A stretch of 64,000 nucleotides of DNA from Bacteroidia bacterium (lineage in GTDB: Bacteria; Bacteroidota; Bacteroidia; CAILMK01; JBBDIG01). Positions 1 through 7,526 of this stretch are shown piece by piece. Positions within the stretch are counted from its first letter, which is position 1; every line of letters begins with the position of its first letter. The notes below the pieces were generated by a model that ran no database searches, had not been told where the DNA came from, and worked only from the letters and a program-made list of their open reading frames with translations. The stretch is taken from the NCBI GenBank assembly GCA_040880525.1, contig JBBDIG010000055.1:1402-65401 (forward strand), written 5' to 3'. The translations under genes were made by a program, and so were the position numbers.

Positions 1-229
1 CTACTGTCTTGTTCTATTTCGGTGCTATGGTGCCGCCCGTTTCGCTTCCTTCAATCCCTCCCTCCCGGGAAACCACCCCCGACTAAAAAGTACGGAGCAA
101 GCTTTGCGGCTTGTCGAAGATCCCGGATTTATTACGGGGCTAATCCCGCCTACTAACTAGCGGGACAAGGGACTTTCACCCTCTGGAAATATTAGGTATC
201 TTCGATACCTTTGCCCATGCCGGGCACAC
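1..229 (-). mobile_element. 5' end (domain I) of a group II intron, class IIC-like; continues past the left edge
   Basis: Minus strand starts GTGTGCCCGGCATGGG at 229 and contains AGGGTGAAAGTCCCT (182-168) and GAAGGAAGC (52-44), motifs typical of IIC intron domain I. The intron-encoded RT is not in the window. Confidence 0.7.
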
Positions 230-310
230 ACAGCAAGTCATAGATGAATTCTTCTTGCGAAAAATTTTTAATGACCTGAATAACATTATTCTCTATTTCC
301 TTGCTGGCCA

Positions 311-1114
311 TTACAATTCAAATTTCTTTAGATGTCGCATAACTTCTCTTTCTACCTGTTCAAAGTCGGGCAGGTCTTGTATTTGGTCTGCCATTGATTT
401 TTGCCAACGTCCTTTATATTGGGGTAACCGTTGTTCCAACTTATGATGAAAATCGGCTGGATTTAAATCTTTACGCTCGCATTTCGTGCGGAATTCATTT
501 GTGAAAAAACCGCTGTCCATTCCGTGAATTTCCAGTAAATACCAAATATCATAAAAATCCCGGGCTTGCATCCGCTGCATGACCGAACGTAATTTTTCAA
601 CCAATACTTCTTCAAGCAAATAGGAGAGTAATTGATGCTCTTCCTGGTCTGAATAAGAAACGATGACATCTTTGTTAGCGGTCTCAAAAACCAGTTTTTC
701 GCTGCGGGAAATATCAACCTTTACTTTTTTATTATGCCCCTGACCGCCCAGCGGACCTATATAACTGATGTAAAAATTAATGCCGCCATCTTCGTGTTCA
801 TTGTCATAAATTATTTCAAGCGGAATGTTGGCTTCTTCCTTTATGTATTCAAAAACAACCGCAAACCATTCAAAAATTTGCTCATTGGAAATAGTATCAT
901 CCAGTAAGGTAAAATCCAAATCCTCAGAAAAACGATAGTCTTCAAAGTACACTTTCTTTAACACAGTTCCACCTTTGAATACAATTGACTTAGCAAGGTT
1001 TTCATGTTGGGCAACACCTTCCAATATCCATGAAAGGATGTAATCCTTTTCAATCTGCTGATCGCGGACACCCACTTCACGGGCTTTGCTCTGTATTTCT
1101 CCGGGCTTAATCAT
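311..1114 (-). CDS. abiEii: Type IV toxin-antitoxin toxin, nucleotidyltransferase AbiEii/AbiGii family
   Basis: Motifs IEKDYILSW, VFKGGTxLKK, RFSEDLDF, EKLRS and RDFYDI; overlaps the upstream antitoxin stop by 4 nt. Confidence 0.9.
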   Translation of the reverse strand: MIKPGEIQSKAREVGVRDQQIEKDYILSWILEGVAQHENLAKSIVFKGGTVLKKVYFEDYRFSEDLDFTLLDDTISNEQIFEWFAVVFEYIKEEANIPLEIIYDNEHEDGGINFYISYIGPLGGQGHNKKVKVDISRSEKLVFETANKDVIVSYSDQEEHQLLSYLLEEVLVEKLRSVMQRMQARDFYDIWYLLEIHGMDSGFFTNEFRTKCERKDLNPADFHHKLEQRLPQYKGRWQKSMADQIQDLPDFEQVEREVMRHLKKFEL

Positions 1115-1932
1115 GTGTAAATAGCAGATTTAATGGTTTCCGTTTCCAAATTTTGTTGAATGCTCCAACGACTGATTCGTTTTCCTTGCTTAGGTAATTC
1201 CGTGTCCAAAACCACATAAGAAGCTGTTTTTGATTCCTGGAGTTTTTCGGTTATGTCCGTTTTGATGTCCAGTATTTCCAATAAAAAACCAAGTCTTTTT
1301 ATGACCGCCTGAGAATTGAATTTTTCAGTATATTCCAAGAGCTTATTGAACTTTAATTTGTCTTTTGAAAGGTAAAGCGCACGTGCAATTTCAACTATCC
1401 CCCCAGCATAATCCGGTTTGAAAAGACAGTCAACAAAGGTTTTTTCCAGATCTGAGCAGAATACTTTATGAAAGCTGTCTATCCATGTCTTTTTTGCCCC
1501 AAAGAAATGTTCGCTATTGTGATAAATGAATTGAAAGGATACCCCTTTAATCTCTATTCGTGTTGGGCGCTGTTGTTTGGCGACTACAATTTGTTCCTTT
1601 AATGAAGGCTGGGTAATCAGGTTGTGGATTTGCAGCGCAGAGTAGTACCCAATATAGTGATCGGTTCCTTTGGTCAAGGGCTCAGCCAATAAATGCCAGT
1701 CGGGCATGAATGTTTCCGGATCCTGCTCATAGGGAATCAGGCAATAATGGCCTCTTTTGAGTCTCATTAAAAGTCCACGCCTGACCATATCACTTAGCAA
1801 TTCCTTTAATGCACTTGCCCTGGAATTTGGAAGTGCCTTTCTTGCCTCACTATAGTTAAAACAATCTTGCTCAAGTTTATTGAAATACCCCAATAGCTCG
1901 CTTGATTGAGTTGATATGTTCTTATTCTGCAT
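1111..1932 (-). CDS. abiEi: Type IV toxin-antitoxin antitoxin / transcriptional regulator, AbiEi family
   Basis: N-terminal wHTH-like LLSDMVRRGLLMRLKRGHY, YIGYYSALQIH and SDLEKTFVDCL; directly upstream of abiEii. Start moved from ORF-track 1971 to ATG at 1932. Confidence 0.85.
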   Translation of the reverse strand: MQNKNISTQSSELLGYFNKLEQDCFNYSEARKALPNSRASALKELLSDMVRRGLLMRLKRGHYCLIPYEQDPETFMPDWHLLAEPLTKGTDHYIGYYSALQIHNLITQPSLKEQIVVAKQQRPTRIEIKGVSFQFIYHNSEHFFGAKKTWIDSFHKVFCSDLEKTFVDCLFKPDYAGGIVEIARALYLSKDKLKFNKLLEYTEKFNSQAVIKRLGFLLEILDIKTDITEKLQESKTASYVVLDTELPKQGKRISRWSIQQNLETETIKSAIYT

Positions 1933-1939
1933 AGTAAAA

Positions 1940-1960
1940 TAGTCAGCTAAAACCTGACTA
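1940..1960. promoter_or_regulatory. Inverted repeat 1, putative AbiEi operator
   Basis: TAGTCAG-ctaaaac-CTGACTA, perfect 7-bp arms just upstream of the abiEi ATG. Confidence 0.55.
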
Positions 1961-2014
1961 CAATGATACAAAGGATAATTCTATTTTGAAAAAATGATTT
2001 CTTATAGTCCAATT

Positions 2015-2031
2015 GTCAGCCGAAACCTGAC
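2015..2031. promoter_or_regulatory. Inverted repeat 2, putative AbiEi operator
   Basis: GTCAG-ccgaaac-CTGAC, same arms and 7-nt spacer as IR1, 73 bp further upstream. Confidence 0.5.
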
Positions 2032-2177
2032 TAATAAGATATGCAACATCATTATCGGTGGCGGGGTGATAAAATTGCACTCATTGGCAAAGTTTGGCCG
2101 GCTTGAGAATCCCCCAGCTGTGCCGGGTGACGATGATGTTTTGCGGCCTATTACCGAAGTTTATGGCATTACAGCCC

Positions 2178-2383
2178 ATGTCTGAACTAAGAAGAGCAAA
2201 TACCAACCATCCTCACTTCCTCACAATTTCTTGAATCCAGTGAAAGCAGGAAAAGTTGTGTTGCCGGAATTCTGGAACTTGAGCAGTGCTTACCATGAAA
2301 GCCCACTGAAGATTATGGAAGTTTTGGGGCGGGCCTATTCTAATAACTACAGCCAGAGGCTGCAAAACGTAGCCGTCACATAG
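2178..2383 (+). pseudogene. Internally deleted REP-associated tyrosine transposase (RAYT) remnant
   Basis: 2178-2234 reads MSELRRANTNHPHFLT (RAYT-like N-terminus); from 2234 another frame reads NPVKAGKVVLPEFWNLSSAYHESPLKIMEV (RAYT-like C-terminus); the HUH core is missing. Confidence 0.55.
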
Positions 2384-2401
2384 CTGGAGCCAAGCGGGAG
2401 T

Positions 2402-2587
2402 ATCCGCGAAATCTTCCAACTGGTCGTATCCCTGGGCGGCACACTTTCCGGAGAGCACGGCATCGGCTACGTACAAAAGGAATTCATGGACATTGTATTT
2501 GACAAGACTTCATTAGATTTGATGCGACAGATCAAACAGGTGTTTGATCCGAAGGGGGTGCTGAATCCGGGGAAGGTGGTGAATTGA
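2402..2587 (+). pseudogene. C-terminal fragment of an FAD-linked oxidase (GlcD/D-lactate dehydrogenase family)
   Basis: IREIFQLVVSLGGTLSGEHGIGYVQKEFM...FDPKGVLNPGKVVN*; no upstream gene body. Confidence 0.8.
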
Positions 2588-2695
2588 GCAGTCATATTCC
2601 TTGTTGGTCTTAAGCATACCTAAAAATGTCCTGTAAATGAAAACTAATTCTATTGACCTGATTAAGAGATTTTTAGACAACTGAAACCATAGTGG

Positions 2696-2730
2696 GTATA
2701 AACAACATGTTGTTTATACAACCGTTGGCA
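2696..2730 (+). repeat. 24-bp perfect palindrome followed by a GTTGGCA core site (attC-like right end)
   Basis: GTATAAACAACATGTTGTTTATAC (2696-2719), then GTTGGCA (2724-2730) about 20 nt before the ATG at 2752. Confidence 0.5.
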
Positions 2731-2751
2731 TTAATTTAAAAAGAACCGAAA

Positions 2752-3447
2752 ATGATAATCGGAGATAAAGAATTTAAGTACAAGAAAGACGCTCTTAACT
2801 ATTATAAAGCGATACTGAATTCATATGAACCGCCACATAAAGTTAACGAAGATGATTTTCGAGACTTGGTTGGACTAATTGAATTTCGTCCTGATAAAGA
2901 AAAGAAAATTGGATGTGGAATTGAAAGCATTCAAGTAATTGAAGTCCGTTATAAAACAAAATGCTTTGAATTAACGCGGAAAGACGGCTCTAAAGAAATT
3001 TTTTCCTATTTAAATTGTATAAATGGAAAGTCTAAACCGTTAGCGAAATTCAATAAAACCTGTCGTGAAACAATAAGCGAAGACCTAAGAAATGTTAAAT
3101 TGGCTTACTTTAAAAAGTTCTCAACCAAAGGTGAAGTGAAATGCCAAGAAACGGGAGAATTATGTAAATGGGAAGAATTGAATGTTGACCATCGACTACC
3201 AAATACGTTTTCAGTAATTGCTGACAGATTTATTGAAGTTCATAGAATTGACATAAATGCTGTTCAATACACAGAAATTATGGACGGAGTTTATCATTTC
3301 ACAGACGTTGAACTTGCCGAAAATTTTAAAAATTATCATAGAGATAAAGCAAACTTGAGATTGGTTAAGAAAGCAAAAAACTTAGGGCGTTCACATCAAG
3401 CAAGAATTAATCGACAAAAAAAGGACTTAACAATTGACCGAAAATAA
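2752..3447 (+). CDS. DCL (DUF3223)-like domain fused to an HNH/beta-beta-alpha-metal-like domain; putative nuclease
   Basis: RPDKEKKIGCGIESIQV...CFELTRKDGSKEIFSYLNCI matches the DCL pattern; C-terminal CQETGE...LNVDH...YHRDKANLRLVKKAKN is HNH-like. Confidence 0.65.
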   Translation: MIIGDKEFKYKKDALNYYKAILNSYEPPHKVNEDDFRDLVGLIEFRPDKEKKIGCGIESIQVIEVRYKTKCFELTRKDGSKEIFSYLNCINGKSKPLAKFNKTCRETISEDLRNVKLAYFKKFSTKGEVKCQETGELCKWEELNVDHRLPNTFSVIADRFIEVHRIDINAVQYTEIMDGVYHFTDVELAENFKNYHRDKANLRLVKKAKNLGRSHQARINRQKKDLTIDRK

Positions 3448-3462
3448 TAAAAACTACCGCCA

Positions 3463-3569
3463 ATCGAGTAGCCCGCCCCGCCAGCGGTAGCTGACGGGGA
3501 GAACATCTCACACCACCCGATCCTTCCATTGGTCAGGATAAACCAAGCGGTTCGCGTACTGGGCGGTTC
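3463..3569 (-). mobile_element. 3' remnant (domains V-VI) of a group IIC intron
   Basis: Minus strand GAACCGCCCAGTACGCGAACCGC...GGGTGGTGTGAGA...CCCCGTCAGC-tacc-GCTGGCGGGG-cgggCTACTCGAT: CGC triad, DVI stem, terminal AT; DV is disrupted by about 27 extra or replaced nt. Confidence 0.75.
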
Positions 3570-3633
3570 GTAAAGCAAACAACTACCGCTCTTTACACCA
3601 GTAGTTGCTTCTCTGCGGAATAATTTATTCTGC

Positions 3634-3641
3634 TATCTTTG
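3634..3641 (+). promoter_or_regulatory. Bacteroidota -7 promoter box
   Basis: TATCTTTG (TAnnTTTG), 38 nt before the ATG at 3679. Confidence 0.45.
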
Positions 3642-3678
3642 TCTTTCAAACAATTTTTATCTGCCTAAAGATAACATT

Positions 3679-4539
3679 ATGAAAAATCTCAACATTTTAT
3701 TCGCAGTTTTGCTAACACTCGTCATCATTTCCTGCTCTAAAAATGACCCTATACCTAAAGAGCCTGAAGTCAATGCAGGATGTCTGGATTCACAAGCCGT
3801 CAATTATAATGAACAAGCAAAGAAAGATGATGGTAGCTGCCGCTATGTGCAGGAGAAGAGTAAATCATTGCTCCTCAGCTTTACAGCTATTTTTAACCCG
3901 GAAAATGCACAATGGGCTACCCCCGCTATTCGTGATCTGTACCTCAACAATAAGGAGCATGTAGTACCGGTTTCGGTTTACTCCATGCTGGAAGATTCTT
4001 TTTACAACGAAACCGCCAATTATCTGCGTACCAATTTGAAGATTTCGCGGTATCCCACTTTGGCTGAGGGTAAGTCTCAAATCACATTTAGTTCTACACA
4101 ATATGACAATTTCCTTAACCAGGTGCAGTCACTCATTGATTCGAGAGTTGCGAAATCTCCTGTAGCCAATGTGGATTTTACCCACAGCATTTCGGATGGC
4201 GTGCTTAAAATTCGTAGTGTCACTGAATTCTTTGAAAAAGGTTCCGGGAGATACAATTTGGCCATATACGTGATGGAGGATAAAAAGAAATACTACCAAT
4301 ACACCGGCAATGGCAACTACACAAATGAGTTTGAGCACCGGTTTGTGCTAAGAGGCACGGCTTCCGGGCATCATTCCGGAGATCTCCTGGCTGAGGATCC
4401 GGCTGCGGGGACACTAGTCATTTCAGAAGCAAGCCTAGAATTGCCCTCAGACTGGAACGAGGATAACTTGCATATTGCAGCGGTTATCTGGAAATTCCAA
4501 TCGAATAACTCTACTTACATCAATTCCACTTACCACTAA
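3679..4539 (+). CDS. Omp28-related outer membrane lipoprotein
   Basis: Lipobox IISC, GCLDSQAVNYNEQAKKDDGSC motif, C-terminal LAIYVMED...HRFVLRG...LPSDWNEDNLHIAAVI. Confidence 0.7.
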   Translation: MKNLNILFAVLLTLVIISCSKNDPIPKEPEVNAGCLDSQAVNYNEQAKKDDGSCRYVQEKSKSLLLSFTAIFNPENAQWATPAIRDLYLNNKEHVVPVSVYSMLEDSFYNETANYLRTNLKISRYPTLAEGKSQITFSSTQYDNFLNQVQSLIDSRVAKSPVANVDFTHSISDGVLKIRSVTEFFEKGSGRYNLAIYVMEDKKKYYQYTGNGNYTNEFEHRFVLRGTASGHHSGDLLAEDPAAGTLVISEASLELPSDWNEDNLHIAAVIWKFQSNNSTYINSTYH

Positions 4540-4632
4540 AAAGGGCAGAGAAAGGCTCTTATTCTATAGCTTTCCAATGTTGCAATACACTTGGGAGGTT
4601 TGCTTGGCTGCATGAAACCTCCCCGTTTTGGT

Positions 4633-4661
4633 GAGCGTTTAGCGATAACGCAACGCGTGCC
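4633..4661. repeat. REP-like palindrome, copy 1 of a dispersed family
   Basis: GAGCGT-ttagcgataacgca-ACGCGTGCC; homologous to the reverse complement of 48946-48973. Confidence 0.6.
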
Positions 4662-4989
4662 TCGCAGGGCGCGTGCTGGCGCACGCCTGTGGAGCCTGTC
4701 CATGAGTTTTCCGTTGTGGCAATTTTGGCAACTCCACAACAAGCCCATTAAACTATGGAGCTAATAACCTGGTAGATCAAAAAGCAAATTATATTCACGC
4801 TAATCCTGTTATTGTCAATTTCTAGTTTTTCGTCATAATCCGTTTCACCCGTGGTTACAGGGTGAGGTGTAGTTTATGGCCCGGCCCGCTGCTCCTGCCA
4901 GGTTTAATGCAGTTAAAACAAAATATTTAAAAAATCTATTTATTGTTATAATCCTGTGTTACTATGTTGAGCAAAGCCAGAACATCCCT

Positions 4990-5745
4990 TCATATCACCC
5001 GAAACTCCTCTTGCTTCACCCAACCCTTCTTCCCATCAGCCAGGCGGACTTCTGACCAGCCTTCCAGTTCATCTGTGATCTCGACCTTTATGCCCTCGTG
5101 GATGAGGTAGAGGTCGGTGCTGCCGGCATCGGGGGAGCTTTTCATATAGACGGTGGGAGCAAAGATGATCGCGAAATTCCCGGAAGTTTCTGCCTGATAT
5201 TGCTGCCAGGCCAGCGTAAATAAACAAATGCTAAATACCAGCACAACGGCTCCTGTAATGCGCAGGCCGCGAATTGCCTTGCGCTTTCTTATAAACAGAG
5301 TAATACCGAAAACAATAAAAGCCGCCCATAAAAGCGTCAGCGCCCACAACGACCATCCTTTGGAAGATTGCGTATTTACAAGATTGCGCCAGCCGGTCAC
5401 TATTGCCAATTCCGGCACAGGCTGCACCTCATCCGCTATCATCTGGTTCGCCTTTTCCAGATTGAATTGAATATCCTCATCATCGCTGCCGGTTTTCAGT
5501 GCCCGCTCATAATTAAGAATAGCTGCGGAATAATTTTCCAGTTTGTAATATGCATTGCCAAGATTATAATAAAGCACTCCTGACGCATATCCCTTATCCA
5601 ATACTACCTCATATTTTTCTGCTGCTTCCTGGAATTGTTCACTTTTATAAAGCTCATTGGCTTCAATAAAAACACTTTCCGGCTCCGTTGCAAAAGCCGA
5701 AATCGCTGTAATTATAAATAAGAATAAAGCTATAATATTCTTCAT
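4990..5745 (-). CDS. batE: BatE: TPR plus SH3 domain protein
   Basis: TPR (LYYNLGNAYYK...ILNYERAL), TM segments, C-terminal SH3b (HEGIKV...WSEVRLADGKKGWV); last gene of the bat operon. Confidence 0.9.
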   Translation of the reverse strand: MKNIIALFLFIITAISAFATEPESVFIEANELYKSEQFQEAAEKYEVVLDKGYASGVLYYNLGNAYYKLENYSAAILNYERALKTGSDDEDIQFNLEKANQMIADEVQPVPELAIVTGWRNLVNTQSSKGWSLWALTLLWAAFIVFGITLFIRKRKAIRGLRITGAVVLVFSICLFTLAWQQYQAETSGNFAIIFAPTVYMKSSPDAGSTDLYLIHEGIKVEITDELEGWSEVRLADGKKGWVKQEEFRVI

Positions 5746-7526
5746 TTTAATTGCTCTTCAAGATCGCTGATGAGGGTAACGGTTTGTGTGTATGTGTTGT
5801 GCATGTCTCCGGAAGGCGTGGGTGCAAAACGGGCAAAGTCGCAATGGTTCATTACCTGCAACAGTTGTTCGATGTTTTCCTGCCGCACTCCACGTAGCGC
5901 CAGCATTTCCTGCAGCTTTTCCCTGTCCATATCCGCAGCGCCAATGGTGAGTTTATCTTTTAAATATCCCATCAGGGCAGTGTTGATCTCTGTATAAAAT
6001 TCCTCTTGCTGTTGCGTTTCCCGGAATTCATTTGCCTTCTTCAAATGTTTTTTCGCGATGGTCGTGGCCTTTCTCCTGCGCATCCCGGCCCCATCAAGGC
6101 TTTCCTCTTTTCTTTTTCGTTTATAAACCAGCAATAGTCCCATCAGCACAACCGGAACCGCAACTCCGGCAGTAAATGCAGGCGAACCGAAGAAATAGTT
6201 TCCCTCCTTTTCAAGTTCAGCTTCGCCAGTTTTGATGTAACGAATATCCTCTCCCAGCGTTTCCACGTCCTTCTTTTTAGCGGATGGAATTGGGCCGGCT
6301 GCATCTTTTTCTCCCTGGCTTATATACAGCTTAAATTCCGGAGAGCGCATGGTGATGTAACGTTCCTGGCCGGGATCGAAGTAGCTGAATTCCTGCGGAG
6401 CAATGGTGTATTCCCCGGCTCTTCGCGGAACCAGCAAAAAGTCATACGACTTGGAACCCGTGATCTGGCTGCCCTGGTTGTTCAACTTTTGCTCCACCTG
6501 CGGATCAAATACCTCCACATCCGAGGGAAGTTTTAATTCCGGTTGATTGAGTTTTTTAATATTTCCGGTTCCGTTAAAGTTAAATTTTAAAGTAATCCCC
6601 TCACCTGTTTTTGCTTCTGTTTTATCAATGGTTGAATTTAAATTGAAAGTCCCCACAAGTCCGGCAAAACTCTCAGGTTTTCCAGATGGTAAAGGCTTCA
6701 CATTTATTTTAAGGATATTGCTCCTTACCTCATATTTCGCATTCCGGCTGTTGCCAAAAAAATCATCGAAAAAGCTTCTGCGGTTACCCGGCTCCCGCAC
6801 CATTACCTGCAACTGCATAGGTTCAATTTCTAGAGAACCGGTTTTTTCCGGAAATATGGCGGTTCGCTTTATTTCAATGGTTTGGAATCGTCTGCCCTTG
6901 TAAACCTCCTCCTGCACGCGGTATTCACGCGGCCGTTCAAAATCCTCGGCCCAGAAACCCGGAAATGAAGGAAAATCCATCGGAGCCAGATCAACAAGTG
7001 GCTTGGCGCTGTAAAGCTTAAAAGAAACCACGATCTGTTCTCCCTGGTAAGCGGTGGTTTTACTGGCCGTGGTTCTTATGAATAAATCGTCACCACTGCT
7101 GCCTGAAGGCTGTTCCTCGCGGCCTTCCTGGCCGGAAGCGGAAGTGCTGCCCTCCACTACCTCTATACGAATGGGTTCGGTCTGCACCTCCTCACCATTT
7201 ACTTTTGCTTTGGCCGGGCCAATGGTAAAAGTTCCGGCCTGACGCGGCCGCAATACATAAGAATAGGTTTTGGAATCGGATCTGCGGCCATTGATGATCT
7301 GGATGCTGCTGGAAACATTTGGCCCGCTGACTACCTGGAAATAGGGCAATGATGGCGGATCATATCCCTCAACCCGGCCTTTCAGCGTAAACGAAAGTGT
7401 GAGCACATCACGGGTACCCACTTTCGTTTTGTCCACTGAACCGGTGATCTGGGCATCCAGCGGTGCCGTTATGAACAGTAATATGGCAGACAAAAACCAG
7501 CTATACTTTCGCATTTCTATCACCAT
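5742..7526 (-). CDS. batD: BatD family protein
   Basis: Signal peptide, BatD repeats (AYQGEQIVVSFKLY, YFDPGQERYITM, DIRYIK), C-terminal CDFARFAP. Confidence 0.9.
   Translation of the reverse strand: MVIEMRKYSWFLSAILLFITAPLDAQITGSVDKTKVGTRDVLTLSFTLKGRVEGYDPPSLPYFQVVSGPNVSSSIQIINGRRSDSKTYSYVLRPRQAGTFTIGPAKAKVNGEEVQTEPIRIEVVEGSTSASGQEGREEQPSGSSGDDLFIRTTASKTTAYQGEQIVVSFKLYSAKPLVDLAPMDFPSFPGFWAEDFERPREYRVQEEVYKGRRFQTIEIKRTAIFPEKTGSLEIEPMQLQVMVREPGNRRSFFDDFFGNSRNAKYEVRSNILKINVKPLPSGKPESFAGLVGTFNLNSTIDKTEAKTGEGITLKFNFNGTGNIKKLNQPELKLPSDVEVFDPQVEQKLNNQGSQITGSKSYDFLLVPRRAGEYTIAPQEFSYFDPGQERYITMRSPEFKLYISQGEKDAAGPIPSAKKKDVETLGEDIRYIKTGEAELEKEGNYFFGSPAFTAGVAVPVVLMGLLLVYKRKRKEESLDGAGMRRRKATTIAKKHLKKANEFRETQQQEEFYTEINTALMGYLKDKLTIGAADMDREKLQEMLALRGVRQENIEQLLQVMNHCDFARFAPTPSGDMHNTYTQTVTLISDLEEQLK

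Noticed and set aside
255-446. 63-aa plus-strand ORF
   Set aside because: TTG start, antisense to the abiEii 3' end and lies across the hairpin
3396-3578. 60-aa minus-strand ORF
   Set aside because: It is the translation of the intron DV-DVI remnant
4536-4748. 70-aa minus-strand ORF
   Set aside because: It spans the REP/hairpin cluster and has no protein-like signal
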